Of a stretch of DNA of 64,000 nucleotides, positions 9,499-20,000 are shown in pieces; the stretch's first letter is position 1, and the number at the start of each line of letters is the position of its first letter. The position numbers and the translations under genes are program-made. The notes below the pieces were generated by a model that had not been told where the DNA came from, ran no database searches, and saw nothing but the letters and a program-made list of their open reading frames with translations. This stretch comes from Candidatus Woesearchaeota archaeon (GTDB lineage Archaea > Nanobdellota > Nanobdellia > SCGC-AAA011-G17 > GW2011-AR20): positions 34,865 to 98,864 of the forward strand of contig CAYQPR010000001.1 in the NCBI GenBank assembly GCA_964419925.1. The letters run 5' to 3'.

Positions 9499-11208
9499 AT
9501 GAAACATACCAGGGGTTTGAATTGTGTATTTGTTGGTCATGTTGATCATGGTAAAACTAGTTTACTAGATAAGATTAGAGGAACTAATGTTGCAAAAAAT
9601 GAACCTGGATTAATTACTCAATCTATTAGTGCATATAATATTTCTTCGAAGATGATTGAAAAATTTGCTTCAAATTTGATTAAAGAAAAATTGAAGATTC
9701 CTGGAATACTTGCTATCGATAGTCCAGGACATGCTGCTTTTACAAATTTAAGAAAGAGAGGAGGAAGTTTAGCAGACATAGCTGTTTTAGTTATAGATAT
9801 TAACGAAGGATTTAAACCACAGAGTTTAGAAGCTTTGGAAATATTAAAACAATATAAAACTCCTTTTGTAGTTGCTTTAAATAAAATTGATTTGATTCCA
9901 GGATGGCAAAATAAGGATAAAATTTTAGTTAAAAGTATAAGTTTACAAAGTGACTCTACAAAGAAGATTTTTGATGAAAAATTATACCAAATTGTTGGAA
10001 GACTTTATGAGCTTGGAATGGCTGCAGAAAGATTTGATAAGATTGAGGATTATGCAAAACAAATTGCAATAATTCCGGTAAGCGCTAAAACTTCTGAAGG
10101 AATTGGAGAATTATTAATGATTATTTCAGGTTTAGCACAGAAATTTCTTGAAGCAAGTTTACAAATTGATACTGATAAACAAGGTAAGGGAACAATTTTA
10201 GAAGTTAAAGAAGATAAAGGAATTGGGAAATATTTGCAAGTTATCCTTTATGATGGAAAGATAAAGGAAGGAGATAAAATTGTTATTGGAAATATTGGTG
10301 AAGCAATTGAAACTAAGGTTAGAGGTTTATGGGTTTTAAGAGAAAATAAAATTGAAAAAACTGAAGAAGTTGAGGCAGCCGCTGCAATCCAAGTAAATTG
10401 TCCTAATCTCGAGGAAGTTTATGCAGGAATGCCATTAAGAGTTGCTAATACTAATTTAGATAAATTAAAAGAAGAAGTTCAAAGGGAAGTTGAAGAAATT
10501 GTTGTTGAAACAGATAAATCTGGAGTTATTGTTAAGGCAGATTCACTTGGTAGCTTAGAAGGACTAGTTTTCTTATTAAAAGAACATGGAATAAAAATAA
10601 AAAAAGCATCTATCGGTGAAATTACTAAAGATGATTTAATAAAAGCTAAAAATGAAAGAGACGAATTAAATCAAGTTGTTTTAGGATTTAATGTAAAGAA
10701 TGTTAAATCAGATGTTAAAGTAATTACGAGTCAAGTTATATACTCTTTACTTGATGATTTGACAAAGTATAGGGAATATAAAAAGAAGGAAATTGATTCT
10801 GGATTATTATCTCACATAATTAAACCCTTTAAGGTAAAATTTCTTCCAGGATATATTTTTAGACAAAGTAATCCTGCTGTTGTTGGTGTTGAGGTTTTAT
10901 TAGGCACTTTAAAAAAAGGAGTTCTTTTGATGAAAGACAATGGAATTGTTTTGGTTGAAGTTAAAGATATTCAAAATGATGGAAAAAGTGTTAATGAAAT
11001 TAAAAAGGGTGCACAAGTTGCAATGTCACTAAATGGGGTTGTTGCCGGGAGACAGATCATTGAAGGAGAAATTTTTTATTCTGAGATGAATGAAGTAAAC
11101 TTTAGAAAATTGAAAGAAATGAAAAAGCTTTTAAATGATGATGAAATCGAATGCTTAAAAGAAATAGCTGAAATAAAGCGTAGAAATAATGCTTTGTGGG
11201 GCGTTTAA
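9499..11208 (+). CDS. infB: translation initiation factor aIF-5B (IF2 homologue)
   Basis: GTPase motifs G1 GHVDHGKTSLLD, G3 DSPGHAAF and G4 NKID. ~570 aa. Confidence 0.9.
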   Translation: MKHTRGLNCVFVGHVDHGKTSLLDKIRGTNVAKNEPGLITQSISAYNISSKMIEKFASNLIKEKLKIPGILAIDSPGHAAFTNLRKRGGSLADIAVLVIDINEGFKPQSLEALEILKQYKTPFVVALNKIDLIPGWQNKDKILVKSISLQSDSTKKIFDEKLYQIVGRLYELGMAAERFDKIEDYAKQIAIIPVSAKTSEGIGELLMIISGLAQKFLEASLQIDTDKQGKGTILEVKEDKGIGKYLQVILYDGKIKEGDKIVIGNIGEAIETKVRGLWVLRENKIEKTEEVEAAAAIQVNCPNLEEVYAGMPLRVANTNLDKLKEEVQREVEEIVVETDKSGVIVKADSLGSLEGLVFLLKEHGIKIKKASIGEITKDDLIKAKNERDELNQVVLGFNVKNVKSDVKVITSQVIYSLLDDLTKYREYKKKEIDSGLLSHIIKPFKVKFLPGYIFRQSNPAVVGVEVLLGTLKKGVLLMKDNGIVLVEVKDIQNDGKSVNEIKKGAQVAMSLNGVVAGRQIIEGEIFYSEMNEVNFRKLKEMKKLLNDDEIECLKEIAEIKRRNNALWGV

Positions 11209-11512
11209 GTTGACAGAATCAAGCGATGAAAACTTATTAAGTAGGGTTAATAAGATTGGTGTTGAGAGTCGTATTTACATTAAATCCGTTTTAAATGGAT
11301 TACCTGCAAAGCTAATTGATGATACCCAAATGCAGCTTATTGCAGTGTTTAAAGAAGATTTAGGTGTTTTGGTTTATCCCGGACAAGGTAGGATTAAAGT
11401 TAATGTTTCGGGTTATGAAATCAAGTCACAAGACGAAAGTGCTATAACCTTTGTTGACACCAAAGGAAATTTAGTCACATTATATAAAACAAATTATTAC
11501 AGTCACGAATAA
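11189..11512 (+). CDS. hypothetical protein
   Basis: ORF between infB and rps6e. Its true start is probably downstream of the listed one. No family recognised. Confidence 0.3.
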   Translation: MLCGAFKLTESSDENLLSRVNKIGVESRIYIKSVLNGLPAKLIDDTQMQLIAVFKEDLGVLVYPGQGRIKVNVSGYEIKSQDESAITFVDTKGNLVTLYKTNYYSHE

Positions 11513-11513
11513 A

Positions 11514-11915
11514 ATGGCAGAGTTTAAAATTGTTATTGGAGAAAAAGGAAAAAGTTACATTAAAACTTTAACTACTGAGGAAAGTAGTAATTTGATTGGG
11601 AAAAAATTAAAAGAAAAAGTTGAAGGTGGACATTTTGGTTTTAAAGGTTATGAGTTTGAGGTTACAGGCGGAAGTGATAAAGAAGGTTTTCCAATGAGGA
11701 GTGATGTTGATGGTATTGGAAGGAAAAAAATATTCTTGACTAAAGGATATGTTGGAACAAGAATTAATAAAAAAGGTTTAAGGATAAGAAAATCTGTTGC
11801 TGGAAATACAATCTCTCAGTTAACTTCTCAAGTTAATTTAAAAGTTGTTAAGGAAGGGAGTAAGGGTTTAGATGAAATCTTAGGTAAAACTCCTAAGGAA
11901 GAAGTTAAAGAATAA
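11514..11915 (+). CDS. rps6e: ribosomal protein S6e
   Basis: MAEFKIVIGEKGKSY...GFPMRSDVDG..RKKIFLTKG is the S6e consensus. Confidence 0.85.
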   Translation: MAEFKIVIGEKGKSYIKTLTTEESSNLIGKKLKEKVEGGHFGFKGYEFEVTGGSDKEGFPMRSDVDGIGRKKIFLTKGYVGTRINKKGLRIRKSVAGNTISQLTSQVNLKVVKEGSKGLDEILGKTPKEEVKE

Positions 11916-11948
11916 ATTTATAAATACAATTTCTCGTCATCATTTTAA

Positions 11949-13187
11949 ATGGTTAAAGTTAAGAAAGAAGATAATAAAGAAGAATTTGTTCAGCCTGAAA
12001 TTAATTTAGGTTTGGTTGGCCATGTTGATCATGGTAAAACTACACTTGTAGAAAGACTTTCTGGAAGATGGACCGATACACATTCTGAAGAGATGAAAAG
12101 AGGAATTACTATAAGATTAGGATATGCAGATTTTTCCGTTTATCATTGTAAAGAACATGGTTATGTCACTAAAAAAGTATGTGATAATTGTAAGTTTGAG
12201 AGAAAAATTTCTTTAGTCGATGCTCCAGGACATGAAACTTTAATGGTTACAATGCTTTCTGGTGCTGCAATAATGGATGGGGCTTTATTATTAGTAGCTG
12301 CAAATGAACAATGTCCTCAACCTCAAACAAAAGAACATTTAATTGCTTTAGGAATAATGGGTGTAAAAAATATTATAATTGTTCAAAATAAAATTGATTT
12401 AGTTACAAACGAACAGGCATTAGAAAACTATAAACAAATTAAAGATTTTGTAAAAGGAACGATAGCTGAAAATGCACCAATAATTCCAATAAGTGCACAA
12501 CATAATGTTAATATTGATTTTTTAGTAAAAATTATACAGGAAAACATAAAATCTTCAGAAAAAAATGAAGAAAAAAATCCTTTGTTTTTTGTTGCAAGAA
12601 GTTTTGATATTAATAAACCTGGTTCTAAGATACAAGATTTAAAAGGTGGAGTTTTAGGTGGTGCTTTAAAAGAAGGATTGCTTAAAGTTGGAGATGAAAT
12701 TGAAATTAAACCTGGATTGAGGAAAGAATTTCAAGGGAGAACAACTTGGGAACCAATAATTACAACTATTGAAAACTTGATGTCTGGTGGAACTTCTGTA
12801 AATGAAATTAAATCTGGTGGAAGTATCGGAATTTTAACTAAATTAGATCCAATGTTAGTAAAAGCTGATACATTAACTGGTAGTTTGGTTGGATTGAAAG
12901 GAAAAGTACCAAACGTTTATTATGAGTTTATTTTAAGGCCAAATCTACTTGAAAGGATAGTTGGAAGTAAAGATGAAATTGTTGTTGACCCAATTAAAAA
13001 AACTGAGTTTCTGATGCTTAATGTTAATTCTGCAGCGACGGTTGGAACGGTTGTTGAACTAAAAAAAGGATTGATTCATGTCAAGTTAAAAGTTCCGGTA
13101 TGCTGTAAGGTAGATGATAGAATCACAATATCAAGAAGATTAGGAACAAGATGGAGATTAATTGGATTTGGAAATATTGTTAAATAG
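11949..13187 (+). CDS. eif2g: translation initiation factor aIF-2 gamma subunit
   Basis: GHVDHGKTTL, DAPGHE and NKID motifs plus the zinc knuckle (CKEHGY..CDNCK) typical of e/aIF2-gamma. Confidence 0.9.
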   Translation: MVKVKKEDNKEEFVQPEINLGLVGHVDHGKTTLVERLSGRWTDTHSEEMKRGITIRLGYADFSVYHCKEHGYVTKKVCDNCKFERKISLVDAPGHETLMVTMLSGAAIMDGALLLVAANEQCPQPQTKEHLIALGIMGVKNIIIVQNKIDLVTNEQALENYKQIKDFVKGTIAENAPIIPISAQHNVNIDFLVKIIQENIKSSEKNEEKNPLFFVARSFDINKPGSKIQDLKGGVLGGALKEGLLKVGDEIEIKPGLRKEFQGRTTWEPIITTIENLMSGGTSVNEIKSGGSIGILTKLDPMLVKADTLTGSLVGLKGKVPNVYYEFILRPNLLERIVGSKDEIVVDPIKKTEFLMLNVNSAATVGTVVELKKGLIHVKLKVPVCCKVDDRITISRRLGTRWRLIGFGNIVK

Positions 13188-13217
13188 GTTTATAATTATT
13201 TCTGTTATTATTTTTTT

Positions 13218-14288
13218 ATGAAAGGGGAGAAAAGTTTTACTGATCAAGATATTCATGAAGTTTATTTGGAAGAAGCATTTCTAAAAAGATTAAATGTTCA
13301 TACTCTGATTGGAGATTCTGCCATGAACTATATAAGAACCTTATTTAATTTAGTTGATAATAGAACTAATGGACATGAAATTGACTTAAGAGATACCCGA
13401 TTTACACCTAATCTTTTTTTTGAAGTCAAAGAGGGGCTTAATCAAGTTAATATAAAAGATTTTCAAATGCATTATCCTATAAAAAATTCAATTTCAAAAA
13501 ATTATTTGGTTGCTGTTGAAAGGGTTGATGATTTAAAAACTTATTATTATGGTAAGAAGAAGGGAAAGAAAGTTAAGTTAATTAAAGAGTTTCACGATGA
13601 AGAAAATTTATTATTTAATTTTGGAAATATTTTTGTTCTTCCTTTTGAAATTATTGAAGAACATTATTTGGTTCAAAGAACAAAAACTTTGATTAAAGAT
13701 AATTTTAATAAAATTGGAAAAAATAGGGAATTTAAAGATGTTCATAGTTTAAATAGTGTGATGAGAAGAAAAGCCAAAAAAGAATTAGAGATTGTTAAGA
13801 AAAAGAGATTTAATGATGAAAGTATAACTCATGAGGATAGATTTAGTGTTGATTTAACCTTTTCTCAAGTCGCACAATTAGTTATTGGTTATGGCCCTCA
13901 TTATGATTTGGTTAGAAGAAGTAAAACTCTTCAAAAAGAGCGTTATTTTACTGTCTTTGATGGACCATTAATATATCCTAACTCAAAAGATAAATCAAAA
14001 ATATTTTTAATGGATTTTGATGAAAAAGTTTTTGATGATTTTTCTTCTTGGTTATTAAATAAATCGGCTTATGATAAGATTAATGAGCTAAAACAACAAA
14101 GATTAAGTCTTTACAATGAAATTAAAAGTTTAGATAAAGAAAACTTTAATTTTAATTTAAATAACTATCCCGATTTAAGAAAGAATTTGGAATCTCTTGT
14201 AAATTGGAAAATTTATAATCCTAATCAATTGGAATTAAGCCTTAGTTCTAAAACCACTTTATTATCTAAGGATGATTTGCCGTTTTAA
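13218..14288 (+). CDS. hypothetical protein with a putative N-terminal PD-(D/E)xK nuclease-fold motif
   Basis: GHEIDLRD...LFFEVKEG has the D-x(n)-E-V-K arrangement. The remaining ~250 aa have no recognisable domain. Confidence 0.35.
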   Translation: MKGEKSFTDQDIHEVYLEEAFLKRLNVHTLIGDSAMNYIRTLFNLVDNRTNGHEIDLRDTRFTPNLFFEVKEGLNQVNIKDFQMHYPIKNSISKNYLVAVERVDDLKTYYYGKKKGKKVKLIKEFHDEENLLFNFGNIFVLPFEIIEEHYLVQRTKTLIKDNFNKIGKNREFKDVHSLNSVMRRKAKKELEIVKKKRFNDESITHEDRFSVDLTFSQVAQLVIGYGPHYDLVRRSKTLQKERYFTVFDGPLIYPNSKDKSKIFLMDFDEKVFDDFSSWLLNKSAYDKINELKQQRLSLYNEIKSLDKENFNFNLNNYPDLRKNLESLVNWKIYNPNQLELSLSSKTTLLSKDDLPF

Positions 14289-14943
14289 TAAAATCACCTT
14301 GTTTATAATTGTTATTTATTATGGAAATTGTTTTGAATTTATTTGTTTTTTCATTTGAAAGAATGTTTTCTCTGAATTCATAGTTTTCTTCGTTTAAACC
14401 TAATGAGGATAAAGAAGTTTTATAATTGTCTAACATTTCTTTGACATTTTTTCTTTTGAATTCAATATGATCTTCCCATTGTGTTTTTGTTCTTATTTCA
14501 TAATTTTTGAACATTGCTTCAACAATATCAAATGAAGTAATGATTAAATAATCTATACTATTTTTTACAGAATCTTCTAGCTCTTGATAATTATCTCCAA
14601 AAGAGTATAATCTTTTGGTTTTATATGAGAAAAACATATGATATAATTCGTATGAAGTTGTATCACCTAAAAATAAATCTATTTGACTATATTTTCCTTT
14701 AACTAAATTTTGCTGCAACTTAAATTGTCTGTGTAATATTACAAATCTATCTTTATGATTACTTGATTTAACTTCTATCAATCTTTTTTTATTTGAATCT
14801 GTAATATCTATTTTACCAACTTCTTTTAAATTTCCAATTCTTGGACGATTATCTGTAATTTCTCCGCCGAAAAGATGGACTGCTAAGTTTTCAAATATTC
14901 TTCCAACGAGAACACTTCTGTCTTGGCCGTTTTTAATCATCAC
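14266..14943 (-). CDS. putative PD-(D/E)xK nuclease-fold protein
   Basis: GGEITD..GKIDITDSNKKRLIEVKSS fits the restriction-endonuclease-like core (D...ExK). Convergent with 13218..14288, with 23-nt overlapping 3' ends. Confidence 0.35.
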   Translation of the reverse strand: MMIKNGQDRSVLVGRIFENLAVHLFGGEITDNRPRIGNLKEVGKIDITDSNKKRLIEVKSSNHKDRFVILHRQFKLQQNLVKGKYSQIDLFLGDTTSYELYHMFFSYKTKRLYSFGDNYQELEDSVKNSIDYLIITSFDIVEAMFKNYEIRTKTQWEDHIEFKRKNVKEMLDNYKTSLSSLGLNEENYEFRENILSNEKTNKFKTISIINNNYKQGDFIKTANHP

Positions 14944-14991
14944 TTTTATCTTTTAGTTAAATTTATAATCCTTTTCTAGTTTATTTTATAT

Positions 14992-15561
14992 ATGCTAATA
15001 GACTTACTTAAAAATAATCCTGAATCTTTTTATGATTCTAAAGTTAATGTTAATATAAATAAACTTGCTGAATCTTTTTATAAATCTTTAAAATCTCTTG
15101 GTTGTACATCTAAATATAACGTTTATGTTGACCCTTCAAATTATAAAACCCATGAAGATCTAACTGGATTTAGTGTTAATATTATCTTTAAGGATTTATT
15201 TGGAGATAAAAGAGATCTAGACTACCTTATCTTTGTTAATTCTAATAAATCATTAATATCTCTTCAAATTAAGGATGATTCTGAATCAGTTTTATCAAAC
15301 GATCAAAGGAGAAATGTTAGATTTATTGAGCCTAGAGATGATTTAGAAAGAGTTATTAGGGTTGTTGGAAATTTTAATTGTAAATTAAACGATTATTTGT
15401 CTAATGAAGCTCGCAAAACTGGATTTAAATATTCAAGTCAATTATTTAATATTGATAGTTCTAAAAAACCTATTAATCAAAATTCTGTTTATCCTGAATT
15501 AGACGAAGAAGTTATTTCTGAAGAGGTTAAACCGTTATTTCTTAGAAAAATAATGGACTAA
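14992..15561 (+). CDS. hypothetical protein
   Basis: 189-aa ORF immediately downstream of the convergent nuclease-like pair. Confidence 0.3.
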   Translation: MLIDLLKNNPESFYDSKVNVNINKLAESFYKSLKSLGCTSKYNVYVDPSNYKTHEDLTGFSVNIIFKDLFGDKRDLDYLIFVNSNKSLISLQIKDDSESVLSNDQRRNVRFIEPRDDLERVIRVVGNFNCKLNDYLSNEARKTGFKYSSQLFNIDSSKKPINQNSVYPELDEEVISEEVKPLFLRKIMD

Positions 15562-15595
15562 AAAGATTTTTAAATTCAGTTTTTAATGTACTATT

Positions 15596-16186
15596 ATGAA
15601 ATTTAAGTTTGAAACTTCAAAAAAAGAAATTATTGATATCTTAAAGGCGTGGATAGTTGTTTCAATTTCATTTGCGGTTATCTTAGGCGATAGAAATATA
15701 CTTTCTTATAAATTTTTAGCTAATCTTTTATTAGCCGCGGTAACTGTTGGGGTTGGATTTTTATTTCATGAATTAAGCCACAAAGTTTTAGCTCAAAAAT
15801 ATGGTGCGATCGCTGAATTTAGAAGCTTTGATGTAATGCTTGTTCTAGCCTTAGTAATGAGTTTTTTTCTGGGAATGGTATTTGCTGCACCTGGTGCGGT
15901 TATGATTGCCGGTGGTAATATTAATATTAAAAAATATGGAAAAATTTCAGCTGCAGGACCAATTATAAATTTAATTTTAGCTTTGATGTTTTTTGCTTTA
16001 AGTCAGCTTAATTTTAGTTCATATTTTAACTTAATGGGAAGTTATGGGTTTTTTGTTAATTCTTGGCTAGCTTTATTTAATATGATTCCGTTCTGGGAGT
16101 TTGATGGAAGAAAAATATTTATGTGGAGTAAAACTGTTTGGGTTATTATTGTTGCTATTGCTTCTGTATTTTTATTTGTTTTTTAG
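15596..16186 (+). CDS. site-2-protease-like (M50 family) membrane metalloprotease
   Basis: HExxH within a TM helix (FLFHELSHKVLAQ) and a later FDG motif. Multi-pass membrane protein. Confidence 0.55.
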   Translation: MKFKFETSKKEIIDILKAWIVVSISFAVILGDRNILSYKFLANLLLAAVTVGVGFLFHELSHKVLAQKYGAIAEFRSFDVMLVLALVMSFFLGMVFAAPGAVMIAGGNINIKKYGKISAAGPIINLILALMFFALSQLNFSSYFNLMGSYGFFVNSWLALFNMIPFWEFDGRKIFMWSKTVWVIIVAIASVFLFVF

Positions 16187-16199
16187 ATTTTGCTAAAAG

Positions 16200-16243
16200 A
16201 AATATTTATAAACAATTTAGAAATATTTATAAACAATTTAGAG
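16200..16243. repeat. perfect 22-bp tandem duplication (aaatatttataaacaatttaga x2)
   Basis: Read directly in the intergenic region upstream of the racemase gene. Confidence 0.6.
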
Positions 16244-16257
16244 ATTATTAATCTTAT

Positions 16258-16950
16258 ATGAATAAAGTAGGAATTATTGGCGGACTTGGACCAGAAACAA
16301 CTTCTGAATTTTACTTAGACATAATTTTTTCTTGTTATCAAAAATCTAAAAGAGAAAGACCTGGAGTTATTATCTCAAGTGTTCCTTTACCTTACCAGAT
16401 TGAAGAAGATTTAATAATGAGTAATAAAGGAAGCGAAAGATATATCGCATTTTTAGTTAATGAGGCTAAAAGGCTAGAGAAAGCTGGTGTCGATTTTATT
16501 GTTATGCCTTGTAATTCGCTTCATGTATTTATTGAAGAAATTAGAAAAGCTGTAAAAATTCCAGTTTTAAGTATTATTGAAGAAACTGTGAAATTTCTTA
16601 AGAAAAATAAGTTTAAAAAAGTTGGAATTGTTTCTTCATCTGCAACAATTCAGAACAAATTATATGAAAATGCTTTTGAGAAGGATAATATTGTGTATGA
16701 AACCCCAAATGATTTTCAACAGGCTAAAATGGGAAAATTTATTATGAATCTTGTTATGGGTCAACAAAATAATAAAGATCGTGAAGAATTAATAAAGATT
16801 ATTGGAGATTTTGAGAATAAACAAGTAGATTGTGTTATTCTTGCATGTACGGATTTACAATTATTAATTCCGAAACACCAGAATTTGAAAATATTTGATA
16901 CAATGAAAATATTTGCTGATGCAACCGTTGATAAGATTTTAGAAGAATAA
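16258..16950 (+). CDS. aspartate/glutamate racemase family protein (aspartate-racemase-like)
   Basis: GIIGGLGPETT, VMPCNSLH and ILACTDL are the two catalytic-Cys motifs of Asp/Glu racemases. Confidence 0.75.
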   Translation: MNKVGIIGGLGPETTSEFYLDIIFSCYQKSKRERPGVIISSVPLPYQIEEDLIMSNKGSERYIAFLVNEAKRLEKAGVDFIVMPCNSLHVFIEEIRKAVKIPVLSIIEETVKFLKKNKFKKVGIVSSSATIQNKLYENAFEKDNIVYETPNDFQQAKMGKFIMNLVMGQQNNKDREELIKIIGDFENKQVDCVILACTDLQLLIPKHQNLKIFDTMKIFADATVDKILEE

Positions 16951-17025
16951 GGTAATTTTAACTTACTAATCAATTAAACTGCAGGTTAGATAAGTTTAAA
17001 TATTTAGTTTGTATCGATTAATTTT

Positions 17026-20000
17026 ATGAAAAAAGGAGTTTATGTTATTGTTTTATTATTGGTTTTATTTTCTGCTTATTTTTTAATTAATGTTTTTAGT
17101 GAAGAGGTTGTTGGAGGAAAGGTTAAAACAAATAATCAAGATTCTCAGCCACAACAAAATATGATTAATTATATACAAAAATCATTAACAAATATTAATT
17201 ATAATAAGATTATAACAACTTCTAATGCAGAACAAGAATTAAGAAATTATATGGGCACTTTAAATATAAATGATGAACATTTTAAGTTAGATAAAATTAC
17301 TCAATTCAAGAATAAATTATTTGTTTATTTTGATCAATATTATAAGAATATTCCAGTTTATAATTCTAAGAACGTATTTTATGTTAATAATGAAAAACTA
17401 AGTTTTACAAAAACAAATTATTATGGTAAAATTAATTTAGATGTTAATCCTAATTTAAAAGAAAACCAAATTGATGATTTAATTAAAAATAAAAATTTTC
17501 TAAACCAATTTGAAAATAAATATTATGATATTATTGGAAATGAGAGAAGGTATGATTTTTCTAAAATTAATTTAGATCAAATCAAAATAGATAAAAAAGA
17601 ATTACTCATTTATCCTAAAAATGATGAATACTACCTAAGTTATAGACTAGTTATTAATCATAAAGATTTTGATTTAACTTATTTTATTGATGCAAATACC
17701 GGGGGGATATTGGATATAAAAGATAATAGAATTTACTATGATGTTTCTGGAACAGTTATAGGGAAGGAATGGGAAGATCCTTTTACAGGGGGAACACAAT
17801 TGGAAAAACCATTTCAACACAACTATATTGGTATTGGTGAAAATCAAATTGAAACTGATGAAAATGGTTATTATTATATATCAGATTTGAATGGATTAAC
17901 TAATCTTGAATCTTATTTATCTGGACCGTGGGTAACTGTTTATAATTCCCAATTAGAAGAATCAAAACATCTTTCTTCCTTTAGTGATAACTCTCAACAT
18001 GATTGGAACTGGGATTTAGATGATAACTCTTATTTAGATGAAGAGAGTAATGTGTTTTACCACATTAATCGAATTCATGATTATGCGGTTTCTATTGGAA
18101 CTGTCGAATTATCTCATTTGCCCGCCACAGTAAATCATGATAATCATTGCAACGCATTTTACTCACGTTACAATAGTTATGGTGTAAATTTTTTTGAAAA
18201 AGGTGATATTCAGGTTGAAGATTTCTTTTTTCCAGAAAATAATTACAATCTTACGTGTGAAAATACCGCATTAATTAATGATGTGGTTTTACATGAATAT
18301 GGACATTACATTATTGATGAATTAGACCCATTACTTTATGATCTTTCAAGTGATTCAAGATTAGATGCAGGGAGAATGCATGAAGGTTTAGCTGATTATT
18401 TTGCATGCGATTTAAATAACAACACAAATTTGGCAGAGGGATTTTATGTAAATGTTACCCGCCCAGTGATTGATATTTCGTTGCCACTTCGAACGTGCAA
18501 TAGTGGAAATCGTTATCCGAAAGATTACGGCAAAGAGATACATTTCGGAGGTAAGATCATATCAAGTTCTGTATTTAGTATAAGGGAAAAAATTGGTAAA
18601 GAGCAATTAGATCCAATTTTGATTAATGCTTTGAGACTCCAACCAACTAATTTTATAGAGTTGTTAGATTCATTAATAATTGCCGACGATGATAATAATA
18701 ACATACTTGATGGGACTCCTCATATAGTAGATATCTGTACTTCTTTCTATGATCATGGGATACTTTCAGATTATTGCATTGGATTTACCAGCAAACCTAT
18801 TGCACATATAGATGAGATTATTCAATCAGTTAATGAAGATCCAAAAATAATATCTGGAAAAATAAATATAAAAGGAACTGTATACCCATCTTATCAATCT
18901 ACATTAGAGAGATACATAATTAGTATTGGAAATTATTCGGTAACATTTCAAAATCCAAATGGTATAAAAAAAGATATTTTAAGTTATAGTTTTGATACCT
19001 TTCATGTAGATGACGGTACCTATAATCTTAGTTTAATCGCAATAGATTCTAACGGTTTTATAGAAAGTGATAACTTCAAGATTTATATTGACAATAAATG
19101 GCCAATAAATTTAACAGTTAGACCAGATTATGGTTTTTCTACTGGTTCTCCTGTGGCATTTAATCTTGATAATGATGCTGAAGATGAAATCTTGATTAGT
19201 GTAGTGAAGACAAATAACCCTGGAGAAAAGCTTAGTTATTATCTTTATGCATTTAAGAGTAATGGGAATCGTCTAGAAGGATGGCCAAAAAGGTATAGTA
19301 ACTTTGAAATAAACCCTCAAACAGCTGGAACGAGTATTAGTAATATACCCGATCCGTCTATTGGTGATTTAGAAAATGATGGCAATAATGAGATTGTGAT
19401 TTCAATCGGTAATTTATTAGCAGTGTTAAATTTAAGTGGAGATGTTAAATGGTCAAAAAGTCTTGATGGATATTCATATGCTAGTCCCGTTTTAGCAGAT
19501 TTGTTTAATGATGGAAAGTTAGAAATTATTATTACCCAAAATTTCTTTGACACTAGGACGGTTCCTCCACTCTTAAATTCGAGCCTTATTGTTTATGATT
19601 CAGAGGGCACAATAAAATGGCAAAAAAAATTTGAAAATTATTTTATTGGAGATAGTTATTCAACGATGGGCGATGTTGATGGAGATGGGCATAAAGAAAT
19701 TGTTGTTGTTATGTATAACATTAATGAGTTTAAAAGCAAAATTTATATCTATAATAAAAATGGCGTTCTATTGGAAGGATGGCCAAAATTGATTGAAGGC
19801 ATAAGTAAGGCTTCGTCCCCAATTTTAGCAGATATTAATCATGAGAATAAATTGAGTATATTTTTTGGTGCATCAAGAAAATCGCATTTGCAAAATAGTT
19901 ATCAATACACAATTTATGGATTTTCTTATAATGGAATTAGTTTAAATAATTGGCCTATAAATTTGTCAAGACCTTCATTCTATAACCGACATATTTTTTC

